From positions 149,757 through 213,756 of the forward strand of contig JBAZJZ010000001.1 in the NCBI GenBank assembly GCA_041650995.1: a DNA stretch of 64,000 nt, written 5' to 3'. Within the stretch, counting starts at the first letter, position 1. The number at the start of each line of letters is the position of its first letter. The notes under the pieces are model-generated. The model worked only from the letters and a program-made list of their open reading frames with translations, did not search any database and was not told the origin of the DNA. The translations under genes were made by a program, and so were the position numbers. Origin of the DNA: Patescibacteria group bacterium (GTDB taxonomy: Bacteria; Patescibacteriota; Patescibacteriia; XYB2-FULL-38-15). Positions 48,210-57,178 of the stretch are shown here, piece after piece.

Positions 48210-49022
48210 ATGGCTGATACCATGAAGCCGGAAAATGAAAAAAGAGAACCGACACAAATTGTTAAAGCAGGAGAAAGTTTACCGCCGCAATTGATTGATC
48301 CGGCTAAGCAAGTTGAATTTGCCGGCCGCGCGGCCAAAGTTTTGATGGATATTATCAAAACAAAACCAAAAAAATTAGTTTTAAATGGTGAGCAATACAT
48401 TGAGTTTGAGGATTGGCAGACTGTCGCGCGGTTCTACAACATGACGGTTGGCGTTGACTGGACAAGAGAGATTATGCGTGAAGGAAAAATCCACGGATTT
48501 GAAGCCAAGGCAAATGTCTACAATTCTGGCGGAACAATAATCTCGTCGGCCGAAGCATCTTGTTTAAGGGATGAACCAAAATGGAATACCCGATCAAAAT
48601 ACGAATATAAAAATGGTAAGAGAAATAAAGTTAGTGACGAATTGGTCCCAGAATTTCAGTTAAAAAGTATGGCACAGACGCGGGCCTCTGCCAAGGCGTT
48701 GCGCAACGTGCTGGCCTGGGTTGTAGTGCTGGCTGGGTTCAAGGCCACGCCGGCTGAAGAAATGGATGGTGTAGAGGGTTTTGAGAGCCGGGCCGCAGCG
48801 CCGCCCGCAGGGTCAGTTGCCAGACCGGCAGTAAGACCTCCGGTTGCACCGGTCGCAAAAGATACATCGGCCAATGTTCCGGGAATTCCTGAAGAAAAAT
48901 TAATCTGCGCGATGACCGGTGTTAAAATCACTCAGGAAGAATATGCCTACAGCATGCGCAAATACGGAATGCCTTTAAGCCGGGCCGCGCAAAGAGAACA
49001 GCAGCAAGGAGGGGGAAATTAA
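48210..49022 (+). CDS. putative phage single-strand annealing protein (RecT/ERF-like), tentative
   Basis: 270 aa. Central region (LVLNGEQYIEFEDWQTVARFYNMTV...KSMAQTRASAKALRNVLAWVV) resembles RecT/Redbeta-type SSAPs. Ala/Pro-rich C-terminus. Adjacent to an exonuclease and RusA. Confidence 0.35.
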   Translation: MADTMKPENEKREPTQIVKAGESLPPQLIDPAKQVEFAGRAAKVLMDIIKTKPKKLVLNGEQYIEFEDWQTVARFYNMTVGVDWTREIMREGKIHGFEAKANVYNSGGTIISSAEASCLRDEPKWNTRSKYEYKNGKRNKVSDELVPEFQLKSMAQTRASAKALRNVLAWVVVLAGFKATPAEEMDGVEGFESRAAAPPAGSVARPAVRPPVAPVAKDTSANVPGIPEEKLICAMTGVKITQEEYAYSMRKYGMPLSRAAQREQQQGGGN

Positions 49023-49023
49023 T

Positions 49024-49302
49024 ATGGCAAATCCCATGGGAAAATTCGCGACTGGATGGAAAACAAATAAATTTAAAAGACTTGTCGGAGCAAAAAAGAT
49101 GTTGAATGTCGCGGCTATAAATCTTAATTCTGTATCAAAAGAAATCGGACGCGCGATTAAGGACGAGGAGCATGGGAGTGAGGAATTAGTCAGAGCCTTG
49201 GATTACGCCGTAAAAATAGGACAGATAAGCGAAGAGGTTGGAATGGAACTTCTAAGTGACAAGCAGAAGGCGGATAAATTTCTTTCGACGGGGGAAGTCT
49301 AA
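49024..49302 (+). CDS. hypothetical protein
   Basis: 92 aa. TAATATG overlap with the upstream gene. Confidence 0.35.
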   Translation: MANPMGKFATGWKTNKFKRLVGAKKMLNVAAINLNSVSKEIGRAIKDEEHGSEELVRALDYAVKIGQISEEVGMELLSDKQKADKFLSTGEV

Positions 49303-49324
49303 CTAACCACTAAACGCTTGTCTT

Positions 49325-49834
49325 ATGGCTACGCGAAAAAGAATGTTAGCGCCAAACATTTGGCAGGACTCAGGGTTTGGCCTTCTCTCTCAGGTTGGCA
49401 AATTGCTTTGGATCGGATGTATCACTCAGGCTGATGATGAGGGACGATTGACTGGCAATCCGGTTGTCTTAAAAGGCATTCTGTTTCCTTTTGGCGATCC
49501 TGATTTGAATGATGTTTTTGACGGAGTAGAAGAACTGCGCCAAACGATGAAAAATTTTATTCTTTACGAGGTTGGCGGTGAATGTTTCATCCAGTTAAAA
49601 AATTGGAAAATACATCAAATTTTGAGAGCAGACAGAAAGGCCGATTCGACCTTTCCTGCGCCACCTCGGGAGGCATTGGTTGATAAACGGTTGTCGGGCG
49701 GTTGTCAGGTGGGGACACAAGTAAGTAAGGAAGTAAGTAAGCAAGGAAGCAATGACGCCGCAATAAAAATTTTAAACCATTGGCGGACCGAACTGGAGAG
49801 CAAGGGAATTCTTACTAAAAAAAAGTTAATTTAA
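49325..49834 (+). CDS. putative replication initiation / replisome-organizer N-terminal domain protein, tentative
   Basis: 169 aa. Winged-helix-like N-terminal segment (WIGCITQADDEGRLTGNPVVLKGILF). Position within the replication/recombination module. Confidence 0.3.
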   Translation: MATRKRMLAPNIWQDSGFGLLSQVGKLLWIGCITQADDEGRLTGNPVVLKGILFPFGDPDLNDVFDGVEELRQTMKNFILYEVGGECFIQLKNWKIHQILRADRKADSTFPAPPREALVDKRLSGGCQVGTQVSKEVSKQGSNDAAIKILNHWRTELESKGILTKKKLI

Positions 49835-49838
49835 TTTT

Positions 49839-50048
49839 ATGACAGAACAGGAATTGAGAAAAGATAAAAATTTAGTTCTTTGCAGTCATTGTGACACACC
49901 GGCAAGTTGGGATTTATCATGCGAAGCTGGATGGGTTGGCTGTGCGCCATGTATCACTGGAGAGGCGGCAAGTTTTGATCCGGGAGATTTAATTGCTGCC
50001 GACAAAGATTGTACTGATTCTTTTTTGGAAGAATTTAATAAAAAATAA
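49839..50048 (+). CDS. small Cys-rich protein
   Basis: 69 aa, CSHCD...C...CAPC. Confidence 0.35.
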   Translation: MTEQELRKDKNLVLCSHCDTPASWDLSCEAGWVGCAPCITGEAASFDPGDLIAADKDCTDSFLEEFNKK

Positions 50049-50053
50049 ACAAA

Positions 50054-50470
50054 ATGACCCCCTCGGAAATTAGAGAAAATTTCCAACTCTACCAGTCCGG
50101 CAAGATCTCGCTTGCGGACTATACTCACCGAATCACGCCGGCCGGTAGAGTTATTGCGCCGGTTCCGCAAACTATGCAGATTCCATTTTTTGACGCCGCA
50201 AAAACTCAAAGAGCAAAACTACTCAATTTATTGCAAGATGGTTTGCCACATTCTACGCCGGAAATTATGCAAAAAGTTTATGGCAACGAGCATTGTGGCA
50301 TCGCGCGAATCGGCGCGCGAATAAACGATCTTGTAAAAGAGGGTTATGTATTCGTTGACGAAAATGGGATTGAACTTAAAGAGAATCGGCGCGGTTGGGC
50401 TGACAAAAATGACAGATCGGTTTACTGGTATTGTCTTAAAGAATTTAGACAAAAATGGTATGCGAAATAA
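50054..50470 (+). CDS. hypothetical protein, possible winged-helix DNA-binding domain
   Basis: 138 aa. LPHSTPEIMQKVYGNEHCGIARIGARINDLVKEGYVFVD resembles a wHTH. Confidence 0.3.
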   Translation: MTPSEIRENFQLYQSGKISLADYTHRITPAGRVIAPVPQTMQIPFFDAAKTQRAKLLNLLQDGLPHSTPEIMQKVYGNEHCGIARIGARINDLVKEGYVFVDENGIELKENRRGWADKNDRSVYWYCLKEFRQKWYAK

Positions 50471-50492
50471 TTTATAAATAATTAATTTTTCC

Positions 50493-51065
50493 ATGAAAAT
50501 AATTTATTTTGATACTGAAACGACCGGCCTCAATCCAGTGGTTAATGACATAATTCAATTTGCCGGAATAATTGAAATTGATGGTGAAGAAAAAGAAAGA
50601 TTTGATTTTAAATTACAGCCATTCAGTTACGAAAATATAAATCAGTCCGCGATGTCTGTTCACGGAATTACCGCTGAGCAACTTAAAAATTTTGATTCTC
50701 CCGGAGAAGCCTATAATAAAATAATTTCTATTTTTGACAAATACATTGATAAATATGATAAAAACGATAAATTTATTGTTTGCGGGTATAACGTAAAATT
50801 TGATGTAGATTTTTTAAAAGAATTTTTTTCTAAAAATAAAAATAATTATTTATTTTCATATTTTGGGGTTGTTAAAGATCCATTGCCCGTTCTCGGATAT
50901 TTGAAGAGCATTAATAAAATAGATTGCGAGAATTTAAAACTTGAATCAGTTTGTAAAATATTTGGAATAGAAATTTTTAATGCTCACAATGCCTTGGCTG
51001 ATATTGATGCGACAAGATCGGTTATAAAAAAAGTTGATGAGATATTAAATTCGGTCAAACTTTAA
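50493..51065 (+). CDS. DEDDh 3'-5' exonuclease (DnaQ/epsilon-like)
   Basis: Exo I YFDTETTGL, Exo II (FIVCGYNVKFDVDFL), Exo III (HNALADIDATRSV). Confidence 0.75.
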   Translation: MKIIYFDTETTGLNPVVNDIIQFAGIIEIDGEEKERFDFKLQPFSYENINQSAMSVHGITAEQLKNFDSPGEAYNKIISIFDKYIDKYDKNDKFIVCGYNVKFDVDFLKEFFSKNKNNYLFSYFGVVKDPLPVLGYLKSINKIDCENLKLESVCKIFGIEIFNAHNALADIDATRSVIKKVDEILNSVKL

Positions 51066-51083
51066 TCATTAAATAAAAATATT

Positions 51084-51320
51084 ATGGCTGGTATGCCAAG
51101 TAAAGGGGAAATTACAATCACGAGTAAAAATGCCGCTAAAATTTTTGATGCTGCCAGAGAAAAAATAGACAATTTAGTGATTGGAAATGCGAAATGGATA
51201 TGTCCGATTTTTTGGATGTATTGTCCGCGGTGTTTAAAAGTTCATGTCTTCAATAAAAAAACAAATAAAAAATGCAGAGATCAAATAATGAAAATTATAT
51301 CGGCCCAACTGGCAAAGTAA
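51084..51320 (+). CDS. small Cys-containing hypothetical protein
   Basis: 78 aa. WICPIFWMYCPRCLK. Confidence 0.3.
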   Translation: MAGMPSKGEITITSKNAAKIFDAAREKIDNLVIGNAKWICPIFWMYCPRCLKVHVFNKKTNKKCRDQIMKIISAQLAK

Positions 51321-51523
51321 AATGCCAAGAAATACAGCTCAAAGGCGGTGCCAAAGTGATTGTCAACTGGAGTAGTAAAACAAAATGCAAATGCGGCGCA
51401 GAATTTTGGTGGGCATGCACTAAAAATCACAAAATGATTCCGATTGTTTTGGTTGGTCATTGTGAATGGGCCGCACACTTCGCCGATTGTCCGCTTGCGG
51501 GTAAATTTAGAAAAAATAAATAA
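51272..51523 (+). CDS. small Cys-rich hypothetical protein (overlaps previous ORF by 49 nt, start uncertain)
   Basis: 83 aa. KCKCGAEFWWAC...HCEWAAHFADCP. Confidence 0.3.
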   Translation: MQRSNNENYIGPTGKVKCQEIQLKGGAKVIVNWSSKTKCKCGAEFWWACTKNHKMIPIVLVGHCEWAAHFADCPLAGKFRKNK

Positions 51524-51528
51524 ATTTT

Positions 51529-51780
51529 ATGCCAAACACTAAAATCGCAGAGCCGATGGATATAAATAAACCGGAGGCAATGCCAGCCAAAATTTATGTC
51601 ATTATTACAAGTGAAAAAGGAGAGGTTGTTTTTCCGAAAGGTCAGGGAGTTCAAATTATAAAGGGTTATTCACTTGAAGACGCTTTCGCCACTATTCGCA
51701 AGGAAAGGCCGGGTACACGAGACGTGACTTTTGTTGCATCACTTCTGCTTGATGATTTTCAAAAGAGTTTGGAGATTTAA
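51529..51780 (+). CDS. hypothetical protein
   Basis: 83 aa. Confidence 0.3.
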   Translation: MPNTKIAEPMDINKPEAMPAKIYVIITSEKGEVVFPKGQGVQIIKGYSLEDAFATIRKERPGTRDVTFVASLLLDDFQKSLEI

Positions 51781-52076
51781 AAATATGAAATGGTTTATTT
51801 GGGCAATTCTTAATTTAATACTTGGATCAATCTATGTAGGTTTGGAGCGCTACGGAATGGCGACATTTATGCTTGGGATATTTTTGTATGGAATGTTCAT
51901 TTCTTTAATTGAGAGAGAAAAATAATTTTTAAAAATGCTTGGTTTTCTTCGTTCTTTATAACAAAAATTTAATCATACCTTTTTGTCTGTTTTTATCAGA
52001 AAGGAGTAAGGGCAAGCATCGTCCGTCAATAAATCATCTTTGAGAAAACAAAAGACGGGCAAGAAATTAAAATATT

Positions 52077-52508
52077 ATGCCAATTAAAAATTATACCACG
52101 ACCGTCCCGGCCAATCGAAGCATTGAAGAAATACAGAGCGCTTTAGTTAAACACGGTGCGTCCGGCGTGCTTTACGAATACGAAAAGGGGACCGGGAGGA
52201 TCGCGGCATTGAAATTTAAACTTCAAATTGGAGAACAGGCGGTGGCATTTTCTCTGCCGGTCAGCTGGCGTCGTTTTCAGGCGGTGTTAGAGGAGCAGCA
52301 AGTTAAGCGCAGCAACGATGAGGATTATGTTTATCGCGTTTCTTGGAGAAATATCAGGGACTGGGTACTAGCGCAGCTCGCGCTTTATGAAACGGAGATG
52401 GTGGAATTGCCTCAAGTATTTTTACCATTCGCGACCGGAAAGGATGGTAGCACTCTTTATGACCGAGTGCTAAATCAAGGCTTTTTATTAACTGATGGTG
52501 AAAAATAA
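52077..52508 (+). CDS. hypothetical protein
   Basis: 143 aa. Confidence 0.35.
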   Translation: MPIKNYTTTVPANRSIEEIQSALVKHGASGVLYEYEKGTGRIAALKFKLQIGEQAVAFSLPVSWRRFQAVLEEQQVKRSNDEDYVYRVSWRNIRDWVLAQLALYETEMVELPQVFLPFATGKDGSTLYDRVLNQGFLLTDGEK

Positions 52509-52642
52509 TTTTATGAAAGAAAGAACAAAAGAGTTAGTAAATCTTCTAGCGATATGTATTTTCTGTATCGGAATTATAACATTTTTAATTATTGTGACAG
52601 TGAGATGTTGGAACATACCACTTATGGAAAGGACCGGGGTTT

Positions 52643-52897
52643 GTGCCATGCAGTTTATGTCACGTTAAATTTATGGATAAACCAAAAAAGTGTTGTGGGC
52701 TTGGAGAGTTTAAATGTCAAATTCCGATGCCAATTAAAGGACGAAGCCAAGACATTGATTTTTGTATAGCAGATATTGTTGCCGCCCTAAACGCCGCAAA
52801 TATCATCACGATTGCCTCTTGTTGCGGACACAAAAAATTTGATGGAAATATTATTTTAGAGGACGGCAGAGAATTGATTATTAAAATTAAAAAATAA
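52643..52897 (+). CDS. small Cys-rich protein
   Basis: 84 aa. CSLCHV...CCGLGEFKCQ...CIADIV...SCCGH. Confidence 0.35.
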   Translation: MPCSLCHVKFMDKPKKCCGLGEFKCQIPMPIKGRSQDIDFCIADIVAALNAANIITIASCCGHKKFDGNIILEDGRELIIKIKK

Positions 52898-53103
52898 ACC
52901 CACGAATAAACCCTGAGAGACAAATAGGCGGAAAGAATTAAAATTTTAGAGTATGAAGGAAAAATGTAATGGCTGCGGAAAAGAGGGTGGTGTGATCAAG
53001 CACTACATCATTGCCGACGATTTGGAAAATCCCCGCCCTTACCACCAGTCTTGTTTTAGAAATATGATTTGGCGCGCCTGGCAGAAATGGAAGGAGGCGA
53101 AGA

Positions 53104-53457
53104 ATGATTAAAATTTTGATGGATAATATCCGGCCGCTTTCAGTTAATGAGGCATGGCAAGGCCGGAGGTTTAAAACAAAAAAGTATAAAAATTATGAGC
53201 GTGAGCTGCTGTACTCTTTGCCGGCCAGGGAGAAGATTCTGGGAACCGTGGGAGTGGATATTAAGTTTTATTTTAAAAATCCGAATTGCCGGGATGTAGA
53301 CAATCCAATTAAGCCGCTGCTCGATATTCTGGACAAAAAAGGATATTTTGAAAATGACAAAAAAATTGTTTGTCTTCACGTGGAGAAAATAAAAAGTGAA
53401 ATGGAAGGTTTTGAAGTTTGTATTTATCCGACTATTTATGTGTCAAAGCAAAATTAA
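53104..53457 (+). CDS. rusA: Holliday-junction resolvase RusA
   Basis: 117 aa. PLSVNEAWQGRRFKTKKYKNYE..., DVDNPIKPLLDIL, ENDKKIV pattern of the RusA family. Confidence 0.65.
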   Translation: MIKILMDNIRPLSVNEAWQGRRFKTKKYKNYERELLYSLPAREKILGTVGVDIKFYFKNPNCRDVDNPIKPLLDILDKKGYFENDKKIVCLHVEKIKSEMEGFEVCIYPTIYVSKQN

Positions 53458-53624
53458 AAAACTCCGGCAACTGTACAAGAGGGAGTTTCGGGAAAAACTT
53501 TTGAACGGCTGGGTACATCTGCCGAGCGCCATTTGGGAGCTGATAAAGCCGAAGCCAAAATGGATGCCGCAATTTTTGTGGGTTAAATTAATAAGATTAG
53601 TTTTAAAAATTGACGAAGTAGAAA

Positions 53625-54908
53625 ATGGAAATAAAACAAATCAAAATCAAGGAACTCCTCCCGTCGGAATACAACCCCCGGATAATGCCGGACGACGAGA
53701 TGAAAAAACTGATTAGATCGATTCAGGAATTTGGTTTTGTGGAGCCGGTAGTGGTAAACCAGCATCCGGGGAGGGAGAACATCATCATCGGCGGCCACCA
53801 GAGAGTTCTGGCTGCCAAAACGCTCGGCTACGAAGAGGTGCCGGTTGTTTTTGTCAGCCTTACGCCGGAGAAAGAAAAGTTGCTGAATCTCGCGCTGAAC
53901 AGAATTTCCGGATCGTGGGAAGAAGAAAAGCTGGCCGCGCTTTTGTCCGAACTGGAAGAAGCAGACGTTGATTTATTTTTATCCGGTTTTAATTCGGCCG
54001 AGATAGACGAGCTGCTGAAAAATTTTCATGAGACAAAGGAAGAAGATTTTAATGCCGTAGAGGAATTGGAAAAAATTACCACACCGGAATCTAAGCCCGG
54101 GGAAATTTATGAGTTGGGCCGGCATAGATTGCTTTGCGGTGATAGTACGGAAATTCTGAATCTGAAAAAATTGATAGGAGAGAATATAATAGATTTGGTT
54201 TTTACTGATCCGCCGTTCAACGTCGGTTATAAATCAAGCGGCAAAAATCGGGACAAGTGGTCTGAAGCGTATGGAGATGATGATTACACGGACGAGGGCT
54301 TTGATGAATTTTGTATAAAAGTATTTGGAAATTTTAAGAAATTTTTAAAGGGTGGTGGTGCTTATTATGTTTGCTCGGGCTGGAGTTCCTGGGCATCTTT
54401 TTGGCAGGCGTTGAAGAAAAACAATTTGAAGCCAAAGGGATGTATTATCTGGGACAAGGGGCATGGCGGGATGGGATGGTCTGATTACTGGTACCAGCAT
54501 GAATTAATCGCAGCCGGGCTGAAATTTGAGGCCACCGGCGACACAGAAAGTGAAGTCTATGAGATGGTGGTTTACGGCTTTGACGAAAAGGCAAAACATT
54601 ATTTTGCCAAGAGGGGCGGCGCGCGGCTTACCGATGTTTGGCGTATTCCGCGAGATCCGAATAACAAGTATGAACATCCAACGCAAAAGCCGCTGAAATT
54701 AATTGAGAACGCGATTTATAACAGCTCGAGGATTGGTGACAAAGTTTTGGATATGTTTGGTGGTTCCGGATCAACTTTAATCGCGTGCGAGCGGACCGGG
54801 CGAACAGCTTTTTTAATTGAGCGTTCGCCTTTGTTTTGTGATGTTATTAGAAAAAGATATGAAAAATTCACCGGAGGAAGAGCAGTTAAAATTACCCCTA
54901 CCGGATGA
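53625..54908 (+). CDS. ParB-like nuclease domain fused to N6-adenine/N4-cytosine DNA methyltransferase
   Basis: ParB N-terminus (LLPSEYNPR...GGHQRVLAA). MTase motif IV DPPFN (TDPPFNVGY) and motif I-like MFGGSGST. Confidence 0.75.
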   Translation: MEIKQIKIKELLPSEYNPRIMPDDEMKKLIRSIQEFGFVEPVVVNQHPGRENIIIGGHQRVLAAKTLGYEEVPVVFVSLTPEKEKLLNLALNRISGSWEEEKLAALLSELEEADVDLFLSGFNSAEIDELLKNFHETKEEDFNAVEELEKITTPESKPGEIYELGRHRLLCGDSTEILNLKKLIGENIIDLVFTDPPFNVGYKSSGKNRDKWSEAYGDDDYTDEGFDEFCIKVFGNFKKFLKGGGAYYVCSGWSSWASFWQALKKNNLKPKGCIIWDKGHGGMGWSDYWYQHELIAAGLKFEATGDTESEVYEMVVYGFDEKAKHYFAKRGGARLTDVWRIPRDPNNKYEHPTQKPLKLIENAIYNSSRIGDKVLDMFGGSGSTLIACERTGRTAFLIERSPLFCDVIRKRYEKFTGGRAVKITPTG

Positions 54909-54940
54909 GGATAGTTGGGTCTTTGATTTAATAGAAAAAT

Positions 54941-55528
54941 ATGGAGGACAAGAATAAAAAAATGGATCAGAAACAAGGTTCCGCCTTTATGGCGTACTGG
55001 GGTTTGGGTGGAGATAGAAGTTTAGAACGGTTGTACCGAGAATGGACTAAATTACTACCGAATCTTAATCGGCCGCGGAGTATTACAACGCTGAAAAATT
55101 GGTCTTCTAAATTCAGATGGCAGGAGGAGATGGAAAAGATGGATGATGATGCTAACAAAAATCTCTTTGATGAAGCTAAGAATGTAGCGCGGGAAAGCAG
55201 GATTGATATTTTAAAGGTTTTTAGAGCCGTAGTTTTGAGATTTGCCACACAACTTAAAAATAACCCGGGCAAAGAAATTAACAGTTCTGACGTGGCAACT
55301 TTCTGGAAGATGGTAAGAGTGGAGATGGGATTACCGGCCGAACAAAGCAAAATGGAAATTAGTGAGGCAAAAACTCTTGATGACTTATTAAAAGAAGACG
55401 AAGAGGACTATGAGAACCAACAAAGAATTAATAGAGGGCCTGCTGAGAATTCAGAACAAAAAGCAGCAAAAAGTAAAATTCAAACTAAACGCAGTTCAGG
55501 CAAAATACGAAAAGGAACAAACAAATAG
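54941..55528 (+). CDS. putative terminase small subunit
   Basis: 195 aa. Position directly upstream of and overlapping the large terminase. Charged/helical. Confidence 0.4.
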   Translation: MEDKNKKMDQKQGSAFMAYWGLGGDRSLERLYREWTKLLPNLNRPRSITTLKNWSSKFRWQEEMEKMDDDANKNLFDEAKNVARESRIDILKVFRAVVLRFATQLKNNPGKEINSSDVATFWKMVRVEMGLPAEQSKMEISEAKTLDDLLKEDEEDYENQQRINRGPAENSEQKAAKSKIQTKRSSGKIRKGTNK

Positions 55529-56804
55529 GGATCTGATTCTTAAGGCTCGTCAAGAAGGTTTTTCAAGTTATATTTTGGCGGATTATTTTATTGATTGTTT
55601 ACGAGCTCCAACCTCTGCAGTGGTAATCTCTCATGAGTATGAAGCGACTCACAGACTTTTGGAAAAGGTAAAATATTATATTGGTAATCTTAAAGTTAAA
55701 CCGGGAATTAAGTATGAAACAAAGCAGGAGATTACTTTTCCAAAACTGCCAAGTTCGTTTTATATAGGCACGGCCGGGCAGAGGTCTTTTGGCCGCGGCG
55801 ACACAATTCACCGGGCACATCTTTCAGAGGTTGCTTTTTGGAATAATGCGCCAAATATTATTTCCGGCATAACAGAGGCAGTGCCACTTTCCGGAAAGAT
55901 CAGGATTGAAAGTACTCCGTTCGGCCGCGGCAATTGGTTTTATGATGAATGCCAAAAAGCTAAGGCACACGAAAGTTCATACACATTTCATTTTTATCCT
56001 TGGTGGTTGAATCAGGAATATTCGGCCGAGTATTTGACTGAAGAAGACAGGGCAAATCTACCGCCAAAAATCGCAGAGCTCTTTTTAATACCGGATGCTG
56101 AATTTAAATTAACAGATGAAGAAAATGATTTGGTTTTAAAAAATAATTTAACCATAGGTCAAATAAAATGGCGGCGATATAAGGTTTGGGATCTGGGTGA
56201 TCTTTTTGTGCAGGAATATCCGGAAGATGATGTCACTTGTTTTTTACAATCGGGCAGACCAGTCTTCCGGACCGTCAATATTTCTACTCAAGAACCATTG
56301 GTGGAAAAACATTTTTATCTTGGAGGATTGGACGGAGCGGAGGGCATTGAGAATGGAGACAGACATTGTTTTTCTTTAATTGATCCCTGGACTAAACCGG
56401 CAAAAACTGTTTTTGAAATTGTAAGTAATGAGCCAATTGAGATTTTTGATTTTAAAGTATCAGAAATTTGTAAAAAATATAGTGTAAAGTTGGGAGTGGA
56501 AAAAAATGGTATTGGAGTTGCGCATTGCCAGAAGTTAAGAGATTTGGGAGTTGATTTTGAAGAATGGGAGACAACCTCAGCAAGTCGTCCTTTGATGCTT
56601 GTTGAACTTGAGGAGGCGCTTCGTAAGGATGAATTGCGCGAATGTTATCTTGAGGCGAAAAATGAATTTTTGGACATGGTTTACGATGAAAAAAACCGGC
56701 CGACGCATACATCAGGAAAACATGATGATAGAGTTTTTTCCCGCGCCATCGCGTGGCAAATGCGCAAATCATTAATGGCTAACTGTGAAGTCAAATGGCT
56801 TTAG
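55410..56804 (+). CDS. phage terminase large subunit
   Basis: 464 aa. N-terminal ATPase region (LKARQEGFSS deviant P-loop) and C-terminal RNaseH-like nuclease Asp residues (GKHDDRVFSRAIA). Overlaps TerS by 118 nt in another frame. Confidence 0.6.
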   Translation: MRTNKELIEGLLRIQNKKQQKVKFKLNAVQAKYEKEQTNRDLILKARQEGFSSYILADYFIDCLRAPTSAVVISHEYEATHRLLEKVKYYIGNLKVKPGIKYETKQEITFPKLPSSFYIGTAGQRSFGRGDTIHRAHLSEVAFWNNAPNIISGITEAVPLSGKIRIESTPFGRGNWFYDECQKAKAHESSYTFHFYPWWLNQEYSAEYLTEEDRANLPPKIAELFLIPDAEFKLTDEENDLVLKNNLTIGQIKWRRYKVWDLGDLFVQEYPEDDVTCFLQSGRPVFRTVNISTQEPLVEKHFYLGGLDGAEGIENGDRHCFSLIDPWTKPAKTVFEIVSNEPIEIFDFKVSEICKKYSVKLGVEKNGIGVAHCQKLRDLGVDFEEWETTSASRPLMLVELEEALRKDELRECYLEAKNEFLDMVYDEKNRPTHTSGKHDDRVFSRAIAWQMRKSLMANCEVKWL

Positions 56805-57004
56805 GTAACAAAACAAAAGTGATGAGGGAGATCCCGGCGGAGTGGGACAGACTGATCAAGTTTGCCGAGGCGTTGAAATTTGGTGAGGCAAAGGTTGTTT
56901 TTCAAAATGGCCGGCCGGTTCGGATTGACCACGCGATTCAGCAAATCAAAATTGATAATGAAAAAGATTTTGATGACGGACTTAAAACAATTCCGCTGAT
57001 TTAA
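56795..57004 (+). CDS. hypothetical protein
   Basis: 69 aa. ATG overlaps the terL end. Confidence 0.3.
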   Translation: MALGNKTKVMREIPAEWDRLIKFAEALKFGEAKVVFQNGRPVRIDHAIQQIKIDNEKDFDDGLKTIPLI

Positions 57005-57121
57005 TAAAGTTGTAATAATTTTGTGATAGAGTATTTGTGGATAAGTTTTCTTGCGCGGATTTTTTTAAAGTTGTATAGTTAAATTAACAATTTATTTTTC
57101 GGGCTGAGTTGATTACCAATA

Positions 57122-57172
57122 GGCTCGCAATCTAATCTGATTTTTAATCGGGTTCGGTTGCGAGCCTTTTTT
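57122..57172 (+). promoter_or_regulatory. long hairpin (ggctcgcaa-N27-ttgcgagcc) followed by a T-run, immediately upstream of the portal gene
   Basis: Perfect 9-bp stem. Possible terminator, attenuator or packaging-related structure. Confidence 0.4.
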
Positions 57173-57178
57173 GTTTAT

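Noticed and set aside
53438-53716. Possible 92-aa ORF (MCQSKIKKLRQ...) overlapping the RusA end and the ParB-MTase start
   Set aside because: Overlaps two well-supported genes in other frames and has no recognisable motif. Not reported as a feature.
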